Part shown: positions 29,808 through 40,048 of the stretch, piece after piece
Layout: each line of letters starts with the position of its first letter
How positions within the stretch are numbered: the stretch's first letter is position 1
From: an uncultured Natronomonas sp.
GTDB taxonomy: Archaea > Halobacteriota > Halobacteria > Halobacteriales > Haloarculaceae
Direction: 5' to 3'
DNA: 64,000 nucleotides
NCBI GenBank assembly: GCA_964609565.1
Contig: CAZSSY010000003.1
Span: 11,519 to 75,518, forward strand
Translations under genes and position numbers: made by a program
The notes under the pieces: model-generated
The model's database searches: none
What the model was told of the DNA's origin: nothing
What the model saw: only the letters and a program-made list of their open reading frames with translations

Positions 29808-31160
29808 TTAGGATGAAGGCGTGAGGCAGTATGCGTGGCCGGGCGTTTCGATGACCGTTTCGTCGTCGCTCCAGTAGCCTGTGAGGTCAGCCCGCTCAGC
29901 GTAGTAAATCCGGCCATCATGCGGAACCGCTTCGCTGGTCACGTGGCCGTTGTTCTCAACGCGCCAGCGGACACCCCCGGTGTCCTTCTCAAGCGCATAC
30001 AGGTGGGTGTCGTAGGACCCGACCAACACGCAGTCGGCGGTCACCGAGAGCGACCCAATGACATGCCCATAGACTGGTCGTGACCACAGCTCATCACCGG
30101 TCTCCGTGTCGAGTGCGTACACCCGCCGATCATCACTCCCCATATAGACGACGCCCGCATCGGGATCAATACCCGGGTTCGACATGATGATCGACCCCGT
30201 CTCAAACGACCACTCCTTGGACCCATCGTCCAAGTTGAGACAGTAGAAATGCCCATCCCACGACCCCACGAACGCACGACCATCATACGTCGGTATCGTG
30301 CCCTTGATTTCCGCGCCCGTTTCGTACGACCAGGCGAACTCTAACGACGGGAACTCCCAACAATAACAGACGCCATCATTCGATCCGGTGATAATCCGCT
30401 CTGTCGCCGGATCGATGGCCAATGATGGATGCGGCATCCCCCATAACCGATCGTCATTCCATAACGGCGCCCCGGTTTCGGCATCTAACGCCCACATCGT
30501 CCCAGAGGGCTCTTGGAGCGGATAGTTGTACTCGGCGACAACGTAGATCACGCCGTCCCAATACACCGGGCTGGACCCGATCGCGATCGCCCCGTGGAGC
30601 CGCCACCGAGAGGTTTTCCAGACGCGCTCGCCTGTCTCGACATCGAACGCATATAACGCCCCATCATAGCCCCCAATATACGCGGTATCGTCGACGATCA
30701 ACGGCGTCCCATGAATACCGAGATTCGTGGCGCCCGTCTCAACGCTCCACACTTGGGTGCCGTCCGGTTCGACTGCATAGACCTTCCCCGTGTCCGCGGG
30801 GATCACTATCGTTTCGCCATTCGGAGTGGGCCGTGGACTGGCCTTCGCTGCCGTGTGGCCTACCTCGTTGATTGGCAACGACCACTCCACCTCAACGGCG
30901 TCAGGCACAACTGCGTCCGGATAATACCCGAGCCGGCGGGTTCCCTGTCGGAACATTGTCACTCCATCGCGATCCGGATACGTTTCATCGTAGGGAAGAA
31001 TCGTTGGATCGAACGTATCTTGTCGCCGGTTATAGCTCCGGCCAGGAAGCCGCGTACACCCGGCAACCCCAACCGTCGCTGCCACGCCAATCGTCTGTAG
31101 TACGCGACGTCTGCCAGCGTTGTGACCCGTGTCGGGATCGTCGTTCGACCCAGGAGGCAT
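29808..31160 (-). CDS. Tat-exported lipoprotein with PQQ-binding-like (BamB-type) beta-propeller repeats
   Basis: Twin-arginine GRRRVLQ, lipobox VAGC, repeated YALD..TG...W and GS.DG..Y blades. Confidence 0.88.
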   Translation of the reverse strand: MPPGSNDDPDTGHNAGRRRVLQTIGVAATVGVAGCTRLPGRSYNRRQDTFDPTILPYDETYPDRDGVTMFRQGTRRLGYYPDAVVPDAVEVEWSLPINEVGHTAAKASPRPTPNGETIVIPADTGKVYAVEPDGTQVWSVETGATNLGIHGTPLIVDDTAYIGGYDGALYAFDVETGERVWKTSRWRLHGAIAIGSSPVYWDGVIYVVAEYNYPLQEPSGTMWALDAETGAPLWNDDRLWGMPHPSLAIDPATERIITGSNDGVCYCWEFPSLEFAWSYETGAEIKGTIPTYDGRAFVGSWDGHFYCLNLDDGSKEWSFETGSIIMSNPGIDPDAGVVYMGSDDRRVYALDTETGDELWSRPVYGHVIGSLSVTADCVLVGSYDTHLYALEKDTGGVRWRVENNGHVTSEAVPHDGRIYYAERADLTGYWSDDETVIETPGHAYCLTPSS

Positions 31161-31354
31161 CGAGTGACTCTCTAGACGCCGATGGTAAATGCATCTCGGT
31201 CCACTCTCCAGCACCACGCCATCTCACACGCGGCGGCACCCGCGGCCGATACCCGTCACCTGCAGATCTCTTCTCGATCACTCCCTCTGTTACGGGTCGG
31301 TGAATTCCATACGCCGTGATTTGATGGCACGACGCTGATTGAACGGCCGTGGTA

Positions 31355-32023
31355 TCAACAGAAGTTCTGAGTTGCATAGACTTCATTCTCTTCAGTTAGA
31401 TACACCCCGATTCCTTCATTCTCCCATTCGGCAGTCAAAAGGTTTTCTCGATGGCCGGCTGACGCCATCCAGCTTTCAACGATAGCTTCGGCCACTTCAC
31501 GCTCCGTTGTCAACCGGCCTTGCCCAATCACGTTCTCGTGGTGATAGGTCTTCGCGATGTTTTCAGCCCCTGCCATATACGTGTTCGAGGATGTCTCAAT
31601 CCGGCACTCATACCCGAATTTCTCATAGCGGTCCCGCAGCGTTTCTCCATCTGGCGCCGTGTGCGCTACGAACTCTTCTGTCGCCATGCGACCGCTATGG
31701 TACCTCGCAATTTCTTGAAGCGCGGGATCCCAGTCAAGCGGCGATACGTCATTTTCCTCACGGACTGCATTCACTTCCTCATGAACATACACCTCAACTT
31801 GGTCCCGGTGTATCCCATTCACCTCCCGGGAGCCATTTTCAACGGTGGGTGAGTCATTTTCAGCGGTGATGTTCTCAGCAGTACTCCAGACACCCCAGAT
31901 TGCTGAGAGAAAGACATCAAATGGAATATCAATATACCCGAAGACGTGTGCACCAATCACTGCCGTCCCAATGATGACCATGATTGTCAGCGGGCGTGAA
32001 ACGCCCGCATTCACGTTGCCCAT
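31355..32023 (-). CDS. Membrane-anchored CAP (SCP) domain protein
   Basis: N-terminal TM; VNAVR, IARYHS..M, HTAPDG, AENIA, WMASAGHRENLL, GIGV, YATQNFC. Confidence 0.92.
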   Translation of the reverse strand: MGNVNAGVSRPLTIMVIIGTAVIGAHVFGYIDIPFDVFLSAIWGVWSTAENITAENDSPTVENGSREVNGIHRDQVEVYVHEEVNAVREENDVSPLDWDPALQEIARYHSGRMATEEFVAHTAPDGETLRDRYEKFGYECRIETSSNTYMAGAENIAKTYHHENVIGQGRLTTEREVAEAIVESWMASAGHRENLLTAEWENEGIGVYLTEENEVYATQNFC

Positions 32024-32395
32024 GACCGTCTCCGAGGGAGCCGACTTGGTTGGGAAAGGGGCAGCGATATTGCTGTCCTGTAAAACACGACCATCTATTC
32101 CGATATTCGACCTGCAGCCAATTCAGTTTCGCGCCCGTTCGGGGTCCTTACTCAGTTACTTCCGGATGGACTCACCCGGCGTTATCAGTTCACCCTTCGG
32201 ATATCTTGCAGAGGATATACCGGCAGTATGACGCCCTCGATTGCTCAGCCGACGCCAGTCGGTCCAAACAGTGGCGGTATAGAGATTCGACCTGATAACT
32301 CTGCTCTACCCGCCATCGGGCATATCATCCAGACGCACGTGGATGACCGATCGACCATTTGAGAGATATTGCTTATAGAATGAATAGCTGAATCA

Positions 32396-32468
32396 TAGTC
32401 CATCCTGGATTCGAACCAGGGTCTCGAGCCCCAGAAGCTCGAAGGATTGGCCACTACCCTAATGGACT
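32396..32468 (-). tRNA. tRNA-Gln (anticodon CTG)
   Basis: AGTCCAT/ATGGACT acceptor stem with A1-U72, anticodon arm TCGAGC-TT-CTG-GG-GCTCGA, T loop GGTTCGAATCC; no encoded CCA. Confidence 0.97.
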
Positions 32469-32865
32469 TGATACGTGTCGGCGGATTGTCCGCCGCTGTA
32501 CCCATTCATTGTCTGACGTTCGTATTTTAGTGTTGTGAATGGCAGCCTCAACGACAAGAGATATATCGATCTTGCAAGCTGTCCGATATCAAGAATATTC
32601 ACACAGAAGAGCCTCTTGTGTCGCATCGTTGAATGGGCTGGCTCCACAGGCCGCAAACCTCACTCACTGTTCGATACCAGCTGGAATGGCTCGATTGTAG
32701 CACACGATGGCCACAATCGCCTCTGATGTGGTCTTGTCCCTGGTTTTGCTGGCTCCGTCCCTTTATTGCATAAAAGTGGTAGGCTGGACAAACGGTGTCC
32801 ACGAATCGGGTTTCTCACTGGTTCGAATCGACACCGACATATCGTTCCCCTTGTCAGCATGCTGC

Positions 32866-33444
32866 ATGTATATCGGTCGTTTTGTCGTGGTGGCACCAGA
32901 TCGTGCGGCGTATCGCGTCTCATCTCGGTCGTTTCCCAACCGCCACGTCATCTCGCGTGCCGGAATTTTGACGGTTGGCCCAACGTCGGATGCCCCCGAG
33001 ATGGATAATCCATATGTCTCATATAACTGTCTCCGGACAACCGATGATGACCAACACGCGGTGGTGGGGAATGGCTCTCATGTTGATCCGATCACCGAGA
33101 AACTTGAGTTAGGGTATCCGGCTCGGGATGCACTCGCGGTGTCGTTGCTAGCTTTGGATTTTGAGAAAGACGACTATGATACGCCACGTCTCGCCGGGGT
33201 CGTGGGCCCCGAAGAAAGCTATATTGGGATTGTGCGACGTGATGCAGTACTCGTCGAGAGGGTAGAGGCCCCGATGCTTGTCGCGACGTACGAAAAAGAT
33301 CGGCCCGAGCCGATTGACATCGATGCTACAGTTGCTGATGAGTTGGCGCTGGAACTCCTCGAATTTGATTTTGAGCACCCGGTGTGTGCGGCCGCGGCCA
33401 CCCGCACAGACAGCGGCTTTGAAACAGGGTATGCCAATGCTTGA
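32866..33444 (+). CDS. purO: Archaeal IMP cyclohydrolase
   Basis: [45 protein letters not shown]. Confidence 0.95.
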   Translation: MYIGRFVVVAPDRAAYRVSSRSFPNRHVISRAGILTVGPTSDAPEMDNPYVSYNCLRTTDDDQHAVVGNGSHVDPITEKLELGYPARDALAVSLLALDFEKDDYDTPRLAGVVGPEESYIGIVRRDAVLVERVEAPMLVATYEKDRPEPIDIDATVADELALELLEFDFEHPVCAAAATRTDSGFETGYANA

Positions 33445-33510
33445 TAGTCGAATCACGATTCCTGCAGGTATGGAGTACAACTCATAAGGTGAACCGGAGC
33501 ATGTATCGAG

Positions 33511-33708
33511 GTGATGTCCTCGATGGAACTTGACCTCGATGACCTTCTCGATGGAAGCGATTTGAAGATGAAGACAAAACTCCCGGGTGTGGAAGTCACC
33601 ACCCAGTTGACGGATGCTGATTCAGCGGAGCTTGAACGGGCCCACCGTGACCAACTCACATTCGCGCTTGAACACGCTGAAGACGCGAAAGAAGCCTCTC
33701 GAATGTAG
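33511..33708 (+). CDS. Small acidic hypothetical protein
   Basis: 65-aa acidic ORF co-oriented between purO and the phosphoesterase gene; start uncertain. Confidence 0.55.
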   Translation: MMSSMELDLDDLLDGSDLKMKTKLPGVEVTTQLTDADSAELERAHRDQLTFALEHAEDAKEASRM

Positions 33709-33785
33709 CCATACGTCCAGTAAAGCGCTCACGCACGGTGGCGATAGCCGTCAGGCCTTAACCACCTGCCATCATAGCCGTGAGT

Positions 33786-34445
33786 ATGCGAGTGGGGGTT
33801 ATTGCTGATATCCACGCGAATCGAGTGGCATTACGGGACGTGTTCAACGATATGCCTGCTGTGGATGCGTTGGTGTGTGCGGGAGATGTCGTCGGGTACA
33901 ATCCGTGGCCCGGTGAGTGTCTCACGGAAGTCCATGATCGAGATATTCCAACGGTAATTGGTAACCATGACCGGGCGGTCGCGGTGGGGGCGGTAAACCA
34001 TGGGAACCGGATGGCGAGTGCGGGGATTCAATACGCACACGGCGAGCTTGATGAGGCTGACTTGGAGTGGCTTCGAAACTTGCCCGATGTCCAGCGGTGT
34101 TTCGACGGTCGGATGAAGATTGTGCATGGTCATCCAGACGATCCAAATCGCTACACGTATCCTTCGTTGTTCTCCGAGGAAATGCTCACTGATGAGGAGA
34201 TTCTCGTGATGGGGCATACACACGTCCAGGCGCATGAAATCTATCCCGATGGCATAGTGATGAATCCGGGGAGCGTCGGCCAGCCTCGTGATGGCGATCC
34301 CCGAGCGGCGTATGCCGTGGTCGATCTCGAGGAGAAAACTGTCGAGGAGCGCCGCGTCGAATACGATGTGGAAGCCGTCGTAGAGGCTGTCCGACAGGCC
34401 GGGCTCCCGGAACAAATCGGGACTCGATTACGTGATGGCCGATAA
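33786..34445 (+). CDS. Metallophosphoesterase (YfcE/calcineurin-like)
   Basis: DIHAN, GDVVGY, GNHD, VHG, GHTH, NPGSVGQPRDGDPRA. Confidence 0.94.
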   Translation: MRVGVIADIHANRVALRDVFNDMPAVDALVCAGDVVGYNPWPGECLTEVHDRDIPTVIGNHDRAVAVGAVNHGNRMASAGIQYAHGELDEADLEWLRNLPDVQRCFDGRMKIVHGHPDDPNRYTYPSLFSEEMLTDEEILVMGHTHVQAHEIYPDGIVMNPGSVGQPRDGDPRAAYAVVDLEEKTVEERRVEYDVEAVVEAVRQAGLPEQIGTRLRDGR

Positions 34446-34577
34446 CGGGTTCTACTGCTTGATATCTCTGTCTGTGGTGACTCTGAAATCGATATTACCA
34501 TGCAGTACTATCGGTTTCTCAGCGGTTCACCAGGAGATGTGAACTGGCGGACGCGATATTTTATGACCGCGTGTGAG

Positions 34578-35762
34578 TTACACGGCGTTTTGGATGATTT
34601 CGAGGGCGTCTTCGCGGTCTGGCCATTCGATGAAGACAGCGACTGACGTGGCGCTGGTGACGAGGTCGTGGATGGTGATGTGTTCGTCGGAAAGAGGGTC
34701 GATAATGTCTTGGAGGATCCCGGATTGGTTTGGTAATTCACCGCCGGTAATGCGGATGACAGCGATGTTGTCATCGACGGTGACGCTGGAGAGTTCGTCG
34801 ATATCGATGACGGATTGGTGTAAGACGTTCTCGGCTCGTTCGGCGATTTCTTCATCGACGTAAAAGGTGATTGAATCCATGCCGCTGGCGACAGCGTCAA
34901 TATTGATATCTGACTCTGAAAGTGTTGTCGAGAGGTCAGATAAGATGCCGGGCGTGTTCCGGATTGCCCGGCCGGCAACCGTCAGGCACGCCAAGGGGGT
35001 TTCTCGGAGATCGATTAAGTTCTCAAATTGTCCTTCAATCGTGGTTCCGCCCTCAAGGAGGTCGCCGTGTTGGTAGTGGGCGACTCGGACGACCATATTG
35101 CCTGTCTTATATGAGAGTGCGGAGGGGGCAACGACTTCTGCGCCTCGGAATGAGAGATTGCGGAGTTCATCAACTGTGATTTCTCCGACGTTTCGCGCAC
35201 CCTCGACTACCCGTGGATCGCCGGTCATGACGCCTTCGACGTCCGTGATGATGACGACTTCGTCAGCATCCATATAGTTCCCCAGCATCACTGCGGTTGT
35301 ATCGGATCCTCCCCGACCGAGTGTGGTGACATTCCCGGCATGATCTTGTGCGATGAACCCGGTGATGACCGGGACGTAGCCTTCGGCCGCCATATCGGCC
35401 GCTAACTGTTTCGCGCGCCGCCGTGTTTCTTCGACGTCGATTTCGCCGTGTTCATCGGTAATGACAGGCCAGTCATCTGATCCTGGCTCGACGAACTTGG
35501 CGGTGATACCGCGAGCACCGAGGGCGGCTTTGAGCATGCGGACGGATGTCCGTTCACCCATTGAGACAATCTCAGCCTGGTCGGCTTCATCCGCTTCGAA
35601 GGTAATTGCATCAAGAAGAAAATCCGTTGTCGACCCCATTGCCGAGGCAATCACGGCAACTTCATGGCCCGCATCAACCGCGTCAGCGAGCGTATCGGCC
35701 GCTCGATTGACCCGATCACCATTGCCGAGACTCGTTCCGCCGAACTTCGCGACTACCCGCAT
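34578..35762 (-). CDS. lysC: Aspartate kinase
   Basis: VAKFGGTS, TTLGRGGSDTTA, TDVEGVMTGDPR, two ACT domains. Confidence 0.96.
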   Translation of the reverse strand: MRVVAKFGGTSLGNGDRVNRAADTLADAVDAGHEVAVIASAMGSTTDFLLDAITFEADEADQAEIVSMGERTSVRMLKAALGARGITAKFVEPGSDDWPVITDEHGEIDVEETRRRAKQLAADMAAEGYVPVITGFIAQDHAGNVTTLGRGGSDTTAVMLGNYMDADEVVIITDVEGVMTGDPRVVEGARNVGEITVDELRNLSFRGAEVVAPSALSYKTGNMVVRVAHYQHGDLLEGGTTIEGQFENLIDLRETPLACLTVAGRAIRNTPGILSDLSTTLSESDINIDAVASGMDSITFYVDEEIAERAENVLHQSVIDIDELSSVTVDDNIAVIRITGGELPNQSGILQDIIDPLSDEHITIHDLVTSATSVAVFIEWPDREDALEIIQNAV

Positions 35763-35950
35763 ACAATCACCTCGTGTACGAGAGTGTGGCTCATACCTCG
35801 GGTTGCCCGTCACGGGAGATAATCCTGTCCTTCGACAGAATGCTTGCCATCACTGTCGCTCTCGACGCTCCCGCAGTTGGCGAAGATATGACCGGCGAAC
35901 GACTCACGGCGGCCCTGGCCTTTAATCTCTCTGGTACCATTGGCTTCTGC

Positions 35951-36334
35951 ATGGAGATTCGTGACGCCGTTGAGGCGGATGCCGAACAGTTGGCGGCATT
36001 GACCGAGACGCCGGCGGACGTCATGCGGAATCTCATCCACGATCGGACCGTCCGGGTCGCTGAAAACGATGATCTCCGCGGGTTCGTAAGTTACGACGCA
36101 CACGCCGATACAGTCCATATCACGCAACTCGAAGGAACGCCCGACCTTGGCGAACGACTTCTTGCCGAACCGATGCGGTTTGCCGAACGTGAAGGAATGG
36201 CCGCCGAACTCCTTGTCCCGGTTGACGACGAAGCCTGTGAAGCAGCCGAACGTGCAGACTTTGATGAATACGGGTCCGGGCCACAGTTTGATGGCACGCC
36301 GACTACGCGGTATCGATGGGAACCTGAATCCTAG
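35951..36334 (+). CDS. GNAT-fold-like hypothetical protein
   Basis: MEIRDA..D, GFVSYD..VHITQL, F...G..P pattern of a degenerate acetyltransferase fold. Confidence 0.7.
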   Translation: MEIRDAVEADAEQLAALTETPADVMRNLIHDRTVRVAENDDLRGFVSYDAHADTVHITQLEGTPDLGERLLAEPMRFAEREGMAAELLVPVDDEACEAAERADFDEYGSGPQFDGTPTTRYRWEPES

Positions 36335-36918
36335 AGGTGACGGTCAATCACGGCTTTCGCAGCCCGGGCCTTTTCTTTCCAGCCGTACCCGGTTTCATAG
36401 ACATGTTTTTTTGAATCAACGAGTTCTTCAGGCATCGATTCCTCAAACCCGCCGCGATCCCAGGTCCCAGACGCTCGTAGCCAATCAATGGTGTTACCGC
36501 GGGCTTCCTCCCATGATAACCCCACCATTTCATAGAACGCGAGCATGCTGAACACACTATTATCATGGGCACCGGGGACACTCCCCTTTTCATATATTGT
36601 TTTCAACGGCTCGAATGTCGGCTGTGAAACCCGGTCCTTGTAGTCCTCTGGCGTGAGCAGCCGGATGGCGCCATCCTCCTCGACCACGCGTTGGTCGTTC
36701 TGAAGCCGTGAGAGGACAGCGGCATGGAGGCCACTCCAGCGGTCCGGGGGCGCTTCGCGGAGCGCCGCCTCGTCGGGAAACGATCGGGCCGATAAGAGCG
36801 CCAACAGATCGGTATAGGCTTTCTCAATCTCGAGACGGTCGACGCCCTCGAAGTCACACCCGGGATCATGGAGGTTACTCGTCGTCCGGCAGCCCGGACA
36901 GCGGTACCTGAGCCGCAC
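36331..36918 (-). CDS. Hypothetical zinc-finger protein with primase C-terminal (PriX/PriCT-like) helical domain
   Basis: GTG start; CPGC..LH..GC; C-terminus IYEKGSVPGAHDNSVF..Y..GLSWEEA...DWL; divergent from priL. Confidence 0.75.
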   Translation of the reverse strand: MRLRYRCPGCRTTSNLHDPGCDFEGVDRLEIEKAYTDLLALLSARSFPDEAALREAPPDRWSGLHAAVLSRLQNDQRVVEEDGAIRLLTPEDYKDRVSQPTFEPLKTIYEKGSVPGAHDNSVFSMLAFYEMVGLSWEEARGNTIDWLRASGTWDRGGFEESMPEELVDSKKHVYETGYGWKEKARAAKAVIDRHL

Positions 36919-37092
36919 GCCCAACCCAATGACGGGTATGGACAAGAGCGTATCGACTCCGACCAATCGAACGAACAGTCCCGACGTAGCCACGCGATTT
37001 CTCGATACCAACCAGGACGCAATCATTACCACCGGCCTGATCGCTAGATTTCTACCGGTTTGTTTATCGGGGATGCTTCGAAAGCAACTGGT

Positions 37093-38154
37093 ATGGATCG
37101 GCTTCACGCCAGATACCCATTTCTCGACGATGCCCGACGATCCGTGGAGGCGGCAGATGTCGATCTGGCGGCACTCGTCGAGGCGGGCGGCCCGGCAGTT
37201 GCCCGCGGCCGCAAGCGCGTGACACGTGCCCTCCTTGAGGGCACGACCGACCCCGAAGACCCCCGGGCGTGGAGCGACCGCGCAGAACTGCTCTCCTATC
37301 CCATTGCCCGGGTTTTGGTGTCGCTATTGGATGTTCCCGGAGCAATAGAGAAGTACGCGGCTGCGGAAGCTGCCACAGCCCGCACCCGATTTCAGGAAGA
37401 TTTCGAGGCAGCAATCGAGTTGAAGAGTACCGATGACCGCCGCCTGAATCTGAATGTTCTCTTAGACGACCTGGACCTTCTTGACCGCGTGGTTCCAACA
37501 GGGGACAACGATTTTAAGATTGCCGTCACGGCGTATCTAGATCTGGCATCAGCATTAGATGCCGACCGCTGGCGGTTGGCGCAGCGGCCACTTGCGGAGG
37601 GCTGGATCGCTGTGTCCCGCCCAGAGTTCTACACCTTGTTACGAGAATCAATCCAGCGGCTGGTAGCCGACGGACTCCCATTGGCGGTCCCCGACTCCAT
37701 CGCAGACTCCCTTTCCGATGAGGTATCTGTCCTCCGCCACCAGATCGAGGATTTAGAGCCACCCATCCGGTTCGACACAACTGTACCAGGGTTATTCCCG
37801 CCCTGTATGCGGGCGCTTCTCACACGGGCACGAACCGGTGAGGCACTCCCTGACAGATCCCGATTCTCCCTCCTTGCCTTCCTCGCGAATACTGGTCTCG
37901 AAGCAGACGAAATCGTCGAACTCTGTGACGTTTCAGACAAGGATGTCGCGACCACAATCAGCCAACAAGTTGCGCATCTCCGGGATGACGATGGCGCGGT
38001 TATGACGTCGCCGTCGTGTGAGGTGATGCAGGAATATGGCGATTGTGTCGATAAGGACGAACTCTGTGAACAAATCCACCACCCGTTGTCATACTACGAC
38101 GAGCAACTCGATGCGGTCCCGGAAGATCGACTCGCCACCTGGACGCCTCAATAA
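37093..38154 (+). CDS. priL: DNA primase large subunit
   Basis: ARYPFL, ELLSYPIARVLVS, WRL..R.L..GW, FPPCM and PSC..M...GDC....LC..I.HPLSYY Fe-S cysteines. Confidence 0.95.
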   Translation: MDRLHARYPFLDDARRSVEAADVDLAALVEAGGPAVARGRKRVTRALLEGTTDPEDPRAWSDRAELLSYPIARVLVSLLDVPGAIEKYAAAEAATARTRFQEDFEAAIELKSTDDRRLNLNVLLDDLDLLDRVVPTGDNDFKIAVTAYLDLASALDADRWRLAQRPLAEGWIAVSRPEFYTLLRESIQRLVADGLPLAVPDSIADSLSDEVSVLRHQIEDLEPPIRFDTTVPGLFPPCMRALLTRARTGEALPDRSRFSLLAFLANTGLEADEIVELCDVSDKDVATTISQQVAHLRDDDGAVMTSPSCEVMQEYGDCVDKDELCEQIHHPLSYYDEQLDAVPEDRLATWTPQ

Positions 38155-38345
38155 CGCCGCGACAACACATACCCGATCACCGACATAAACACGATAAAAA
38201 AGCCGACAGCTCCAACGAGCGCGAGGCCACCGTCACCGGAGAGACCGTTCTCGTTGTATATCCGACCGATACCGATGACAATGATGGCCAACGTGGCCAC
38301 CCCGACAAAGGCAACGATAGCTTCGACGACGGCATCCCGATCCAT
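38148..38345 (-). CDS. Small two-TM membrane protein
   Basis: MDRDAVVEAIVA..TM..GLSGDGGLALVG..TM; convergent with priL. Confidence 0.75.
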   Translation of the reverse strand: MDRDAVVEAIVAFVGVATLAIIVIGIGRIYNENGLSGDGGLALVGAVGFFIVFMSVIGYVLSRRY

Positions 38346-38640
38346 GGTCTGGCTTCCGGAGGTAGTGGCCAAAAGCGCTTCGAACCACGGCATCACCTCA
38401 ATCCGGACGGACACCCAGGTAAACCAGCCATCAGGAATCCCACCACCCCCATGTCGCATCAATACGAATGGCATGCCGTCGACATACTACATTTTGCATG
38501 GGGCTCGCTGATTCTTCTCTCGTCGTTCAGTCTGTGAAAGTAAGGAAACTGAAACGAATATATACCGTTCCTTTCAGCTCTTTTTTGACGTGAAGTGTCG
38601 AACAACTTATTCGTGTCGATCACCGTAGTTCTAACTAGCC

Positions 38641-39273
38641 ATGACGCCCCTTGAATCGCCAACAGCGTCACCAGACCCAGACCCCCGTCAGCCCCTTGCC
38701 CCCGACCTCAGCCATTTGGATGACCGTTCGACACGAGCATGGACCGAAGCTATGGCCGTCCGCCCACTCGCCGGCGGTCGGTATCTCGTCGAAAGCCAAT
38801 CAGGCGCAACCTATCTTGTCGATCTCCCCCAAAGCACCTGTTCCTGTCCGGATCACGAAATACGCGGAGCGTGTTGCAAACACCTCCGGCGTGTCGCCAT
38901 CGAGGTAAATGAACGACGAGTCCCACCACCCGGGAAAACCCACGGGACATGCCGTATCTGCAAAACCACCACCTTCGTCCCGGAATCTGGGCCGTCTGTC
39001 TGTGATGACTGCTGGATTGCTCCTGGCACCCCGGTAACTGATCGAGAAACCGATGACACAGTCATCGTCGACCGAGTGACTGATGAACCAGCGGACGAGT
39101 GGTATCTTGAGTCTGCCGAGTGTCTGCTTGCCGATTATCCAGGCAATGAGACGTATCCCCGCGATGACCTCGTTGTCACGGCCGTCTACCAATCCAGCCA
39201 CGAAGCCGACACCGAACACGATACTCAGCATCGATACGCCTTCCCATATTCCCGGTTAACACAAGGTGCATAA
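38641..39273 (+). CDS. SWIM zinc-finger protein
   Basis: YLVDL...CSCPD...R...CKH SWIM signature, additional CRIC..CDDC, C-terminal ADYPGN..YP..RYAFP.SRL module. Confidence 0.9.
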   Translation: MTPLESPTASPDPDPRQPLAPDLSHLDDRSTRAWTEAMAVRPLAGGRYLVESQSGATYLVDLPQSTCSCPDHEIRGACCKHLRRVAIEVNERRVPPPGKTHGTCRICKTTTFVPESGPSVCDDCWIAPGTPVTDRETDDTVIVDRVTDEPADEWYLESAECLLADYPGNETYPRDDLVVTAVYQSSHEADTEHDTQHRYAFPYSRLTQGA

Positions 39274-39385
39274 ATACCGGTTCTCACCTCGGACAACCAA
39301 AAGTACAGCCATCGTTTCGTATATAGGGCTGACTTATCATTGGTCCGGATGTCGGTCATCACTTCAATCGACAGTAGGACCGCAC

Positions 39386-39925
39386 CTACAGCATCTCGAC
39401 TGCGTCATCAATTGTGAGGTCACCCCGTTGGACCGCTTCGAGGATATTCCGCATCGTGGTATCGTCAGGCAGCTGGTCGGCCGCTTCCTCACTACCTTGC
39501 GTGATCTCGGAGAGTGTCATTTTCTGTGAATCACCCGTAAATTCGGCAAAATCAGTGCCCTCGGCGATCGCCGTTTCTTTCTTTACCCGGTAGTTCCCGC
39601 CGTCCGTCTGATGGAGGTCCCCCGGATGGAAGAAGTACCAGTCTTCACGGTCAAATCGCGTCCCAACCCGCGGTTTTGCGCCAAAGTTCCGGGCGAAATA
39701 CACGAGCGCTTCAATCTCTTCTCCAGTGAGATAGATCGGATCGCCAGCGGAGGACTTAGCCTCAATCGCATAGAATCGTTTCCCATCCCCAGCGAGCACA
39801 TCCGGCAGTTCCCTCGCCGTTGCACTGCCGGACGACGGTGCCCGCATCACGGCGAATCCTGCCTCGTCGAGCTGATTGACGAGTTCTCGTTCGCGACGGT
39901 CACCCTTCGCGTTCGAGTTCGGCAT
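39386..39925 (-). CDS. hjc: Holliday junction resolvase
   Basis: [11 protein letters not shown]...[22 protein letters not shown]. Confidence 0.96.
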   Translation of the reverse strand: MPNSNAKGDRRERELVNQLDEAGFAVMRAPSSGSATARELPDVLAGDGKRFYAIEAKSSAGDPIYLTGEEIEALVYFARNFGAKPRVGTRFDREDWYFFHPGDLHQTDGGNYRVKKETAIAEGTDFAEFTGDSQKMTLSEITQGSEEAADQLPDDTTMRNILEAVQRGDLTIDDAVEML

Positions 39926-40048
39926 TGAGGGTGACTCAGAAGTCAGCCACCTTAAATCGGGCGCTCACAGCCACAATCCACCGCCCACGCCCCTGCTGGA
40001 ACAGTCTCTCCGGCCATGATTTAAGACCACGCCGGACGGGAAACACAC

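Noticed and set aside
32164-32172. GGATGGACT matching the tRNA-Gln 3' end, considered as an att site
   Set aside because: Only 9 bp, inverted relative to the tRNA, and no integrase nearby.
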